This document shows, in pieces, positions 10,453 through 20,500 of a stretch of DNA of 64,000 nt. The first letter of the stretch is position 1. Each line of letters opens with the position of its first letter. The stretch spans positions 18,786,001 through 18,850,000 of the forward strand of contig OZ059894.1 of assembly GCA_964057225.1 (NCBI GenBank). The letters run 5' to 3'. The notes below the pieces were generated by a model. The model was not told the origin of the DNA. It searched no databases and saw nothing but the letters and a program-made list of their open reading frames with translations. Both the position numbers and the translations under genes were made by a program. The DNA is from Auanema rhodensis (Eukaryota; Animalia; Nematoda).

Positions 10453-10754
10453 CTACAACAAGCACAAATAGTACAATTGGCGTTTTATTCTTGTTTTGTT
10501 ATGTGGCATTTTTATATTCTCAGCCGTAACATTTTTTTTTTTTCCAGCTCTTGCGAATATCCATCAATGGCTCATCAATTGAGGACAAATGATCAACCAA
10601 CTGGTAAGAATTTGAAAATTTGAATAGTCTACATTTTTTTTTTTTCCAGGTTGAATTGTTGTTGTTTGTATTTTGCTGGTTTTTTATTGTTACATTATGC
10701 GATATATCAAATAAATCATTTATTATAATTACAATTGTTTATAACATTGAAAAA

Positions 10755-11822
10755 TTATACATTTAAATTTTCTGCATCTATCCATTCATTAAAGTTGTCG
10801 GGATATCCACTCCATTTTACAAAAACTTGACGTTTACCGCTTCGAGTACGCTCTTTTAAAACTTTTTCTATATAGTACTTGTTGCTTTTATTAGTAGCCA
10901 AGACAAGTTCAGGTTCGTAGAATATTCCCTTTATACGTTCACCATTATAATCTACAAGTTTATACACGGTTGGGTTTCCTGTTACAACCTCATCAATTGT
11001 GAATAGCTCCATTGTATATCCAGACTCGTAGCTTTTTTCAAAAGTACGCCTATTTTTGCTTATGCGAACAGTATCACCAATTTTAAAGCGGCTTTTAACA
11101 GCTGGTGCATATTCTTCAATGAATATATTTGCTTTAACATCAATGGGCCGCATTTTTATAGAGCGGTTATAAGATTTGTTTATTCCTTCAACCAAATCAT
11201 CTAGGATATCAATCCAACGATGATTATTCTTGTAATAGAGATATTTCATCATGCGTGTTTTTAAAGTTCTATTTGCTCGCTCCACCATTGCAGCCTTTTG
11301 TGGTGAACTTGTAGATCCGTGCAGTATGGCAAACTTTTTGAATAGTTTTTCACAATGACTATTATAAAACTCTGTGCCATTATCAGTAATCAACTGAATT
11401 GGTATAAAATTCTTGAATAAACTTTCAAATGCACTAGCAACCTCTATACCACCTTTAGTTTTCAAAGGCCTAACATATAACATGCGTGTATAAACATCAA
11501 TCATGGTCAACATGTAAGCATAGCCGTCGTTTAATTTTTTATATTTTTGCATATCAACCAAATCTGCTTGCACTGTTAGAAATCGACCACATCCTCTAGT
11601 CTTTCTAGTCTGCATACGCATTCTGGTTGGTTTATGCCGTGTAAAAGTTTCAGAATCTTGCAAAAAATCATCAACTTGTACCTTTGAAATGCCATGTTTT
11701 CGTGCTTGCGATAATAAATTCTTGGCTGATGTAAATGAAGTTGGGTGTTTTATATCGTAATAAATGCTCGCCAAAATATCATTTCCATAATCTAATGTAG
11801 AATCTTTTACGACCTTGGCCAT
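10755..11822 (-). CDS. Retroviral-like (c-)integrase with C-terminal chromodomain, ~355 aa from the ATG at 11822
   Basis: D-D-E motifs QADLVDM / TDNGTEF / AAMVERANRTLK; chromodomain YYIEKVLKER...VFVKWSGYPDNFNEWID. The ORF-track start at 11873 is non-ATG. Confidence 0.95.
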   Translation of the reverse strand: MAKVVKDSTLDYGNDILASIYYDIKHPTSFTSAKNLLSQARKHGISKVQVDDFLQDSETFTRHKPTRMRMQTRKTRGCGRFLTVQADLVDMQKYKKLNDGYAYMLTMIDVYTRMLYVRPLKTKGGIEVASAFESLFKNFIPIQLITDNGTEFYNSHCEKLFKKFAILHGSTSSPQKAAMVERANRTLKTRMMKYLYYKNNHRWIDILDDLVEGINKSYNRSIKMRPIDVKANIFIEEYAPAVKSRFKIGDTVRISKNRRTFEKSYESGYTMELFTIDEVVTGNPTVYKLVDYNGERIKGIFYEPELVLATNKSNKYYIEKVLKERTRSGKRQVFVKWSGYPDNFNEWIDAENLNV

Positions 11823-12495
11823 TCTGTGAGTCTCCTTCTTGTGGTGTGTAATATGATTCGGCGGCAGTATCAAAAGTCTTTGACCTTTTACTTTTGAGTG
11901 TACGAACCGGTGATGGTGAATATCGAATAACAGCTTTACGATGACGAGGCGTTCTAGGTAATATAGTAGAGTCCAAGTCTGTAACAGCCGGTTCAGCTCT
12001 ATTTACAACGTCAACTGAATCATTGTCAGCCGACTCTCTTCTAGTTTGTTTCTTGTTAGAACTAGGTACGCCTTTACTGGCTAAAAACTTTGACAAGACT
12101 GAAAATCCATTGGGCTCCGTTTTTGTTTTATCCAGTACAAAATCTAAAATTTTTGTAATATTCGTGTTTGGTACAGCCTCATTATTAATCACAAGTTGAT
12201 TACTCTTGTTTGTGCGCACCTCTGGAAATTTCTCCCACAAATTGTTATACTTTCTTGGCAACTTGTATTCTGGCAATAGAGGTGGATCAGCATTTTCCAC
12301 TTGTACTGATATGGGCGCATCTATACTTTCTCTATAGTTTTTGAGACGAGCAATCAAGTCTTCGTATAGTTCAGCCTTTTTATAGTCGGGTATAGCTTTA
12401 TTTTCTCGTAAAAGCTTGAGCTCTGCATCAAACTTGTCTATATTAATTGTTTTCTCGTCGACAGGAATTAGTCGATATTTATGGTTAAGCTTCAT
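11779..12495 (-). CDS. Conserved-type Polinton uncharacterised protein, 238 aa, probable virion/core protein
   Basis: Long intact ORF in the head-to-tail ATPase-102aa-238aa-integrase cluster; helical N-terminus KFDAELKLL...DYKKAELYEDLIARL; C-terminal QNGQG followed by basic RKRFYIRLWK. Confidence 0.75.
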   Translation of the reverse strand: MKLNHKYRLIPVDEKTINIDKFDAELKLLRENKAIPDYKKAELYEDLIARLKNYRESIDAPISVQVENADPPLLPEYKLPRKYNNLWEKFPEVRTNKSNQLVINNEAVPNTNITKILDFVLDKTKTEPNGFSVLSKFLASKGVPSSNKKQTRRESADNDSVDVVNRAEPAVTDLDSTILPRTPRHRKAVIRYSPSPVRTLKSKRSKTFDTAAESYYTPQEGDSQNGQGRKRFYIRLWK

Positions 12496-12800
12496 GATTT
12501 AAAACCAAAATAGGCAATACCACATGTAACTATTGTTTTCAATTGTTTGTGTGAAAGCGTTGCCAATAATGATTTAGCCTTTTCCGGTGTGCGTATCAAA
12601 GCTATTTGACGTAATAATGAAGATATGGGCAAGAGGGTTTTATATTCCTTGTTAGTTAAAAGAAAATTATTATTTTTCACAATATTAAATACAATTTCAA
12701 CAATAATTTCAATTTGTGCAAAAGAAAATGAGGAAACAGAACAAGGAGTTTTGGCGCAAGAAGACAAAAAGTTGAAATTTGACAAAATACGACCACTCAT
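12492..12800 (-). CDS. Small conserved-type Polinton protein, 102 aa
   Basis: IIVEIVFNIVKNN..LTNKEYKTL..LLRQIA resembles, from recall, the small protein usually found next to the Polinton ATPase; ATGA overlap with the next ORF. Confidence 0.7.
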   Translation of the reverse strand: MSGRILSNFNFLSSCAKTPCSVSSFSFAQIEIIVEIVFNIVKNNNFLLTNKEYKTLLPISSLLRQIALIRTPEKAKSLLATLSHKQLKTIVTCGIAYFGFKS

Positions 12801-12812
12801 TGAACAAGCACT

Positions 12813-13460
12813 TTAAACACTAAACACATTTCTGGCAACATAAACAATAGGGTTCTCCGCTGTTATATCAGATAGTATACGCTGCTTCTCACTTGTTAAA
12901 GGATGATTGTCAATCAGTAAATGACTATAGGGAGTAGACATTGCATCATCATACGCCTCTAGAGCATTTTTGAAACGTGGCCCAAATAATTGCTGCAGAC
13001 AATTACGTATTTGTAATATATCTGAATGACTTTTCATCAGTATTATATATGTACTATTGATTCGACTGGTCCTGTCCAGTTGAAATGCCGCTTGCACAAG
13101 ATTAAACACTGCCAAATTCCAGTGATGAGCCCATACTGTAAAAATGTTGTTGAGTAATTCCTTTGCTGCTTTATTCGATGAAAAAAAGTTCATCAAATCA
13201 TCCAGCACTAGTATAGTATTTACTCCCTTTTGTTCTTTTATCAAATCAGGATCAGGAGGCCCTTGAATAATTATTAAACGCTCATCATTTATTGGTACAC
13301 CTGACGATGACCCACATTGACTAAACCAGAATATTCTATCAATGGGGACGTTGAAAAACTTTTCAGTATTTTCACATATGTGCTTTATGAGGGTTGTTTT
13401 ACCGCATTGGGTAGCACCTATTACAGTTGTCTGACTGGGTAGTTTGAAGCTGAAAACCAT
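12813..13460 (-). CDS. A32/FtsK-like genome packaging ATPase (~215 aa from the ATG at 13460)
   Basis: Walker A GATQCGKT, Walker B ILVLDD, then HHWN..LVQ..RINSTY motifs. Confidence 0.93.
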   Translation of the reverse strand: MVFSFKLPSQTTVIGATQCGKTTLIKHICENTEKFFNVPIDRIFWFSQCGSSSGVPINDERLIIIQGPPDPDLIKEQKGVNTILVLDDLMNFFSSNKAAKELLNNIFTVWAHHWNLAVFNLVQAAFQLDRTSRINSTYIILMKSHSDILQIRNCLQQLFGPRFKNALEAYDDAMSTPYSHLLIDNHPLTSEKQRILSDITAENPIVYVARNVFSV

Positions 13461-13539
13461 AATCAACCACTCGTAAATGTACCTAAAATGCAAATGATTT
13501 CATTTGCAATAGTGTACACGTATCAAGTGGTGGTTTGTC
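13461..13539. promoter_or_regulatory. Candidate bidirectional promoter, imperfect palindrome between ATPase and minor capsid
   Basis: TGCAAATGA-TT-TCATTTGCA core (13489-13508) centred between divergent ATGs at 13460 and 13540. Confidence 0.5.
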
Positions 13540-14397
13540 ATGGATGATTTTTACATTACTCTTCCATCATCAGTTGACTCTGAAAAAAGTAATACATCAT
13601 CAGTGTTTCTTACCAGATTACCTGAAACACTAAGGCTACGCAATAATAGATATTGCATTGGGCTGACAGACATCATTTTTCCTTGTTCTATATTAAATGT
13701 TCAAAAAGATTTATCTTATACACTACGTTTTTCCAATAGAAAATTTATTCTACACTTGCCTAAAGGCAACTATGCAAATGGTGATGAAATAATACGCGGA
13801 ATCAATGCTGGAAGAGAATCATTTATCGCCAACAATACAAAGCCTCTTGGAGCTGAGGAAGAAGCACGTATAAAAAGTTTAATAGATAAAGATGAAGATG
13901 TAAAAAAGTGGTATAATAATCGACAGGCTGAGGCTAAGCTAGTGGAGGAAATGCTCGCAGATGCCACATTTCAGTTTAACAAAACATTGCAGCGCATAGA
14001 GTTTGTAACAAGCAAGCGACTATTAATGAATGCAACGCTTGGTGATGATTTTGCATATTTTCTTGGTTTTGAAAATAAAAACATCAACGATACAATAATA
14101 GCCAGGCGTCCCATTGATTTTTCAAATAACATTAATACAATGTATATATATTGTGATATTGTAGAATATTCCATTCTTGGTAATGTGAAAGCTAATTTAC
14201 TTGCATGTTTGCCTGTACCACCTCCTACTGAATTTGGTAAAATGATTGCCAAAACATTTAATCCTATTCGTTATGTACCAATCACTAGACAAACACTCGA
14301 TACCATACGTATTGAAATTTTAGATGAATTTGGTCGTCCTATGCAATTTAATTATGGTTCTACAGTTGTTACATTGCATGTTAAAAATATGAAATAA
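13540..14397 (+). CDS. Minor capsid protein (penton, single jelly-roll), 285 aa
   Basis: Polinton penton-type motifs FYITLPS..NT.S.F...LP, MYIYCDIVE...GN, PIRYVPI...TIRIEILDEFGRPMQF..G..VVTLH. Confidence 0.85.
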   Translation: MDDFYITLPSSVDSEKSNTSSVFLTRLPETLRLRNNRYCIGLTDIIFPCSILNVQKDLSYTLRFSNRKFILHLPKGNYANGDEIIRGINAGRESFIANNTKPLGAEEEARIKSLIDKDEDVKKWYNNRQAEAKLVEEMLADATFQFNKTLQRIEFVTSKRLLMNATLGDDFAYFLGFENKNINDTIIARRPIDFSNNINTMYIYCDIVEYSILGNVKANLLACLPVPPPTEFGKMIAKTFNPIRYVPITRQTLDTIRIEILDEFGRPMQFNYGSTVVTLHVKNMK

Positions 14398-14402
14398 ACG
14401 TT

Positions 14403-14867
14403 TTATTCAACAGTTATACAATACCACATTTTTATTTTCGAAGGTTTAAAAGATAGTTTAGGGCAGTTTTGTTTGTCGCTCGGCTCGTGTTGTGAATGTT
14501 CTCCGTCACTATTGCTGCGGCATCTTTTTGATTGGGTTGAATGTACAAACTCCTCAGCTTTTTCAAAGGGTTTGCTGGTATCATTTCCATCACCATCTTC
14601 ACCATTCGTTCCATTATTATTATGAATACGCCGAATATGACGCTCACAATTGAATCTTGTTCCAAAAGTTTCACTACAATGAGGGCACAAACGTCTACGA
14701 ACACCATCCAAATGTCCATATTTTTGAATAAAGTCAGCATTGCTGATATAATTGTTACATATGGGTTGAATCCCTGCATGCCTTTTCAAAACGTGATCAC
14801 TAAAATGCTTGGTTGAAGAAAATATTTCCTTGCATGTACCACAATATTTGTTACATAAAAGTTCCAT
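14403..14867 (-). CDS. C2H2 zinc-finger protein (two fingers), ~154 aa from the ATG at 14867
   Basis: CGTCKEIFSSTKHFSDHVLKRH and CPHCSETFGTRFNCERHIRRIH; TATATAAAAG upstream on the minus strand (~14906-14915). Confidence 0.8.
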   Translation of the reverse strand: MELLCNKYCGTCKEIFSSTKHFSDHVLKRHAGIQPICNNYISNADFIQKYGHLDGVRRRLCPHCSETFGTRFNCERHIRRIHNNNGTNGEDGDGNDTSKPFEKAEEFVHSTQSKRCRSNSDGEHSQHEPSDKQNCPKLSFKPSKIKMWYCITVE

Positions 14868-14908
14868 TAGAGGAAAATGAAAAACGACCACACGCAATCA
14901 ACCCACTT

Positions 14909-15079
14909 TTATATAATGAGCAATAATATGACTAGTGTTGTACAAAAGCCCAATCCCAATGCTATACCTTTAATAAATGGCACTGAAATACATTTCAACA
15001 TTCTCCTGTATAAAGGCGCTGGTTTAGATTGCTCCAACGTGTATTTGACACATAATTCACAGTGACAAGGAATATTCAT
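14909..15079 (-). CDS. Putative small membrane protein (~56 aa; CxCxxC plus C-terminal hydrophobic helix)
   Basis: MNIPCHCELC...KGIALGLGFCTTLVILLLII*; fills the gap between the protease and ZnF genes on the same strand. Confidence 0.45.
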   Translation of the reverse strand: MNIPCHCELCVKYTLEQSKPAPLYRRMLKCISVPFIKGIALGLGFCTTLVILLLII

Positions 15080-15120
15080 AACTGACCACGTAATGTAGCA
15101 GGTTATTAATGACAAATTTC

Positions 15121-15576
15121 TTATATAGTAGCCAATTTATAGTCGAATACTTTATGCATAAACGCTTTAATAAAGACATCATCATTTTTCAATAGTTTAA
15201 AAAATGAACAAATGCTTTCAAATGAATTACCAGCCGACAACATTAGTATTACAAATACCACATAGCCACCACAAGTGTATTCAATTAAACGTTGTGGTTT
15301 GCAAGTATTAATTTTTACCTTTTTATATTTGGCCAGATAATTTTGAATGTACTTGTTCATTTTATATCCCAAGCTACAGAAAAAATAGGCTTGCTTGTTA
15401 CGGACAAAGATGACCTGCCAATGTGTGCCTGGTTTATCATGTGTGTCAGTATTTACGACAAGTGCAAAGTTTTTACGACGCGTTTTGGGTAGAGTATCAG
15501 CGCTATATACACCGAGGAATAGTTTCCGAGTGCTGGGGACAGATTGCAATAGTGATACTATTTCAGACGAATACAT
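15121..15576 (-). CDS. Adenain-like (Ulp1-fold) cysteine maturation protease, ~151 aa from the ATG at 15576
   Basis: FLGVYSADTLP, VVNTD..KPGTHW (His), PQ (oxyanion Gln), TCGGY (Cys), ND..I C-terminus. Confidence 0.9.
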   Translation of the reverse strand: MYSSEIVSLLQSVPSTRKLFLGVYSADTLPKTRRKNFALVVNTDTHDKPGTHWQVIFVRNKQAYFFCSLGYKMNKYIQNYLAKYKKVKINTCKPQRLIEYTCGGYVVFVILMLSAGNSFESICSFFKLLKNDDVFIKAFMHKVFDYKLATI

Positions 15577-15627
15577 TTTAGTAGAATGATCTAGTGTAAC
15601 TTTTGTATTGCGCGCGTGCGGTTCGAT

Positions 15628-16080
15628 ATGCCGCACCTCCTTTTGGATGTCAACTCTATTCAATGGACAACACTTTTAAATCAACAAATGGGTGGCGCCC
15701 CATTTAGCGGAATGATGTTTCAACGTGGAATGCAGAGGGGTCATGGTTTGGGTGGTATTTTGGCAACTTTGGCATCATTTCTACCACGCATCATTCAATC
15801 ACCTATAGCCCAAAATCTCATCAATGCCGGAAGAAACGCCTTATCCAGTGCTGTAAGCAATAGTCCAGTTGTAAATTCACCTCTTGGCGGACAGTTGCTG
15901 AAAACTGGTAATGAAATTGTCGATGGGGTGCTGAAAGGCGATAATATCAAGGAAACTCTTAAAACAGCCGGCCGGCAAGCTATACGAGATCTTACCGGCT
16001 TGGGCAAACGGCGACGACGCAAAACCACAAAACCTCATAAGCGGTTGTGCATCACTCGTGAGCGGTCGTTTCACATTTAA
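15628..16080 (+). CDS. Probable protease-processed virion core/membrane-lytic protein, ~150 aa
   Basis: QMGG, QRG and QRGHG motifs followed by amphipathic LGGILATLASFLPRII; C-terminal TGLG-KRRRRK basic tail; stop codon abuts the MCP ATG. Confidence 0.75.
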   Translation: MPHLLLDVNSIQWTTLLNQQMGGAPFSGMMFQRGMQRGHGLGGILATLASFLPRIIQSPIAQNLINAGRNALSSAVSNSPVVNSPLGGQLLKTGNEIVDGVLKGDNIKETLKTAGRQAIRDLTGLGKRRRRKTTKPHKRLCITRERSFHI

Positions 16081-17415
16081 ATGGCTAAATTGATAGATTC
16101 AAAATCAGCACAAGCCCTTTTACCTAATATCAACTATGGTGAAATACCTGCGTCGGCATTAGGTGTTGAATCCACTCGTACTGTACAAGTCCCTTTGAAA
16201 AATACTTTTCTTCCTCAAGGACCATGGGAATTTGTTATAGCTCAAAATTCCAAATCATTCCTCAATCTGAGAAGATGTTGGTTGAATGTAAAATTTAAAA
16301 TTGTAACCACAAACGGTGATCCAGTACCAGACAACCTTGTTTTTGCACCATGTCAACAATTTGCTGCCAGTTTAATACATTCGTATCATTTGAAAATTGG
16401 TGATGTTAGCGTGTATGACTCTACCGTGAATCATGCCTATAAAACATATATCGAGAATATTTTAATGTATAGCAACGATGTTAAAGAGAGCAAACTTGCC
16501 ATATCAGGCTATTATGCTGATAGATATATAGATAATGCATCCAGTGCTGGATTTAGAACGCGTCAAGCGCTTGTAAAAAATGGCATATTGTGTGAGATGG
16601 CTGCTCCCGTCAGTATCGACCTATTTAATCAAGAGCGACTGTTTGTAAACTATTCAAAAATGGAGCTAACTGCATATCCAAACCGTGATAACTTTTTAAT
16701 TGACACTCTAGGCTGGAATAATGAAAACAAGGATACTACATTAAAGGAGGAGTTTCCAAATTTGAAAGTAGATATCAGCGATGTACATTTGCTCATTCAA
16801 GAGTTTGATCTAAACGCTGGATTAGCTATGGCTATAGAAGATAAACTCGCAAAGGATCGAATACACTACCCCATGACATCAGTGAAAATGCGCTCTTATT
16901 TCATAGAAGGAGGCCGCTTGGATTCACCTAATAATATATTATTCACGTCTCATACACCAAAACGTGTTGTAGTAGGTCTTGTCGGCGCACACGCTTATAA
17001 TGGTACTTTTAAACATTCGCCATTCAACTTTAAACCGTTTGATTTGAAAAATATATACTTGACGCTCAACAATAGGGTAATACCTACCCGTCCTTATAAT
17101 TTAGAATGGCGATCTTCCTATGCCACAGCATATATTGACATGCTGGAAGGTTTGGGACTTGGTCGTACAGATTCATCCAATGGTATTACACCAGCAATGT
17201 ATAAAGCTGGTTTCACATTTTTTGTATTTGATATTTCTCCTACTGTGCATTCGTCAGAGTTATTTGATGTTATACGACAAGGTAATGTAGCCTTGAAATT
17301 GGAATTTGGTCAACAAACGCCGCAAGAGGGCTTATATGCAATTGTTTATGCAGAGTATGACTCTATTCTTTCAATTGACAACAATCGTGCTCCATATATT
17401 GATACCAGTTTGTAA
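16081..17415 (+). CDS. Major capsid protein (double jelly-roll), 444 aa
   Basis: Polinton MCP motifs HAYKTYIENILMYS, DLFNQERL, PKRVVVGLV..AYNG....PFNFKPF, GFTFFVFDISP, IVYAEYD. Confidence 0.93.
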   Translation: MAKLIDSKSAQALLPNINYGEIPASALGVESTRTVQVPLKNTFLPQGPWEFVIAQNSKSFLNLRRCWLNVKFKIVTTNGDPVPDNLVFAPCQQFAASLIHSYHLKIGDVSVYDSTVNHAYKTYIENILMYSNDVKESKLAISGYYADRYIDNASSAGFRTRQALVKNGILCEMAAPVSIDLFNQERLFVNYSKMELTAYPNRDNFLIDTLGWNNENKDTTLKEEFPNLKVDISDVHLLIQEFDLNAGLAMAIEDKLAKDRIHYPMTSVKMRSYFIEGGRLDSPNNILFTSHTPKRVVVGLVGAHAYNGTFKHSPFNFKPFDLKNIYLTLNNRVIPTRPYNLEWRSSYATAYIDMLEGLGLGRTDSSNGITPAMYKAGFTFFVFDISPTVHSSELFDVIRQGNVALKLEFGQQTPQEGLYAIVYAEYDSILSIDNNRAPYIDTSL

Positions 17416-17552
17416 TGTATGTAATAAATTCTTTAAAAGATTTAAGAATAAAATTTATTAATACAACTATTTTTAAAAATAAATACATGTACAATGATAA
17501 AATTTTATAAATACAAATATATACAAGATAAAAATTTATAAATTCAAATATA

Positions 17553-20500
17553 TTATTCACAATAACCGTAGGGTAAAGTACTATAATCTTGTAGATAACA
17601 AAGTTTATCCATTACGACTCTAGTACTTTTTGTCATATCCATTGTGGATATGGCACCGAGTTGCCTCTTTAACAAGGTTGTATTGGTTTTTAAAACCAAT
17701 TTCTCTCCATCCATAACGAGACCGCGAACCAGTCGCTCCATACTTTCAAAGTTTACCACTGACGCTGCCGTGTGGTCCAACGTCTGTAAATTATAAAATT
17801 ATTTGAAAAGTCAAAGCTCGTACTTACCACTCCCTTTGCCTTTGTTACATATTTTACATCACCAGCTGCATTTACAAGTTTATAACTATAAACTTTTGCC
17901 GCTGGTGACACAAACTTGGTCATTGACCAACCATCGGGTATTTCAGAGGTTAGTTTACCTAACCATTCACCCTTCATATCCTCAATTGGATCTGGCTCAT
18001 CCAGGCACCTTTGATAAATTAGTGAATCCGTGTCTAAATAATGTAAGTTTAAATTGAATACAAAGTATAACATTACCTGTATACACCAAATTCTTTCCAA
18101 TTTTCTCCATTGCCTTATACAATAGTAGCCTTGCATGAGCGGTTGTATAGGCCGCAATAGCTACATTTGTAAAAGGCGGTGGTGCCAAATGTGAATCCTC
18201 TGGTACTGTTGTGCAGTACGCAACATTATCCACAATTTTGAACCCAGTGAGTTCCCTTGCAGGATCAGTAATGATCCTACCAATTTCTGGGTCCTCAACA
18301 CCAATAATCTTGGTTTGGGCTTTATCAGGTCTTTGACCCATTTTACCCCAGACACTATAAGCAAATTTGTAATGTATTGTTTTAAAAAGTTTACAAACCT
18401 ATTTAGCTGCAGTTTGGCAATGCTACGCATGGCAGCATTCTTCTCAATTTTATTGCTCTCCAGAGCAACACCAGTGTTCTCCTCGTGCTCTTGGAGATAA
18501 ATCACCTGTAAAATTCTATTTAATGTGATACTTTTGTTAAAACATACCTTTTCTTCCTCTGTCATGTTTGGCTTTGGCCAGCCCGACGCCTCTTGTTTAA
18601 TTTTTATGTACTTTTGTACAAACTCTTTAAACAGGCCGCCTTGTTGCCATTCTTCCCAGTGCCACACCTCATGCACATTAAGCACTTTATAGCCACGTTG
18701 TATGGCACACTCGAGCTCAACATGTGTCACGGTTAGATGCAGCTTTCGAGCATTTACATCATTTTGGTGCTCACATGCTACATTTCTACTCTTGACTGCA
18801 CAAGTGCGGCAGTTTGTAAAAATTAATTTACCGCCAATACGTGTGCCTAATACAGGGTACAGCAAATTTGTGGGTGCAAGCACGTCACATTTTACTAGCC
18901 CCTTGTATGGGCAACATGTCTCAAAGCTTTTGAAACCCTCAGTAATAACTTTGGGATTACCTACAGGGTAATAGGCATCAAAGGCTGTGACATATGGATA
19001 TAGTGAACAAAAGTCCACATACTCGAGCGAGTATCTATCCGAAGCTTGTGCCAAAAGCTTATATGTCTGGGTGCGGCCACCGGTAAAGGCATCTCTAGGT
19101 GCCAAGCGTGTAACAACATTTGTTTCACGCATAAATTTCGCCATTTCTTCATTGGCCGAAATTTGAGCATTAATTTCGTGCTCCCACACTGTGGTAACAC
19201 TAATGCCTTGGCTTTGAATTGCTTCAAGCCTTTTCATGGTTTTATCATAAACCTAAATTTTAAAAATTAAAATGATTAAAAAAGTCACAATTACCTCTTC
19301 CATTGTTTCACCATTTCTGCCTGGTGCTATAGCGCTCTTGTTGGTGCACTGGGGGCAACCATGGTAAATACAACCATTAATCTACAAAAATTTGCACTTT
19401 TTACATTTATTACAAATTACTCACCTCATAGCCATGATTGGCAACGGGGTCATAAGCATCGAGTAGATAGCGATGGCCATCTACTCTCACTGCAAATTCG
19501 CCACCATTAAGCTTATGCATTAATGGGCGGCCCAATCCTTGTTCTAGCCATTTTATATACTTTATGGCTATTATACTCTGCTTTTGACCGGCATAATAAC
19601 CAGTCTCGGGCAGAATACCCACTTGGTTCTCTTTAATGTGGTTCATTTTCAACTGTAATATAATAGTTTTGAAAATGCTTGTATTTTAAAAAACTTGCCT
19701 GGAATAAAGAGAAACTGGCAAATGTCATACATTGTATGACAGGGTTCCAGCCAGTGGTGGCGGTTGCCAACTTCATGTAAACTTTCATACAGTTGGTTAA
19801 AATACGGACATCTGTCCTACAATATTCCAAAAGCTCTTCATCAAAATCAAACGCTCTTTGATTACGCTCTTCATACCAAATATCGAATGAAGCTAGGTCT
19901 TCTGCTTTCATTCTAGCAGTACAATAGTACTGTTTTGGTGGTAAAGATGGCAACACTTTGCCATAATTTATTGGGTGATTATAGAGGTAAGGAAACTGTC
20001 CTTTACTCATATCAGGTACACCAAATGCCTTGGGTAACGCTGATAGGGGTAAAGGCACTAATAAATAACTATCTTTAAAATATAAATGATTAAATTTTTG
20101 ACCTCTTAAAGGCTTGACAACCATGCTTATAATCTTGGTCCCATTTAAAATTGGATCAGGATATATACCACGGTTTATCAGCCTAGACACCAAGAAATGT
20201 ATGTCAAAGCGTGAACCATTATGCGCAATCAAAATTGCATTATCATTCTCAACAGAGTTGAGTAACCAATCAAGGAAACGATCTGTTACAGACCATTCAC
20301 TATCACCTTGTTGATACCCAAAATGGCCCTCCTTGGTTGTGCATTTTTCACATGAGTTGGCATCTATACAACTTTCACAAAATTTATTATACACAACCAT
20401 ATTGGGCCATTGTTCATCTGCATATTCATGAACATTTGTACCGCTTTTTAACACAACCGTTTCAAAGTCATAGAAAATAATCTTAAACAAGTAAGCATTA

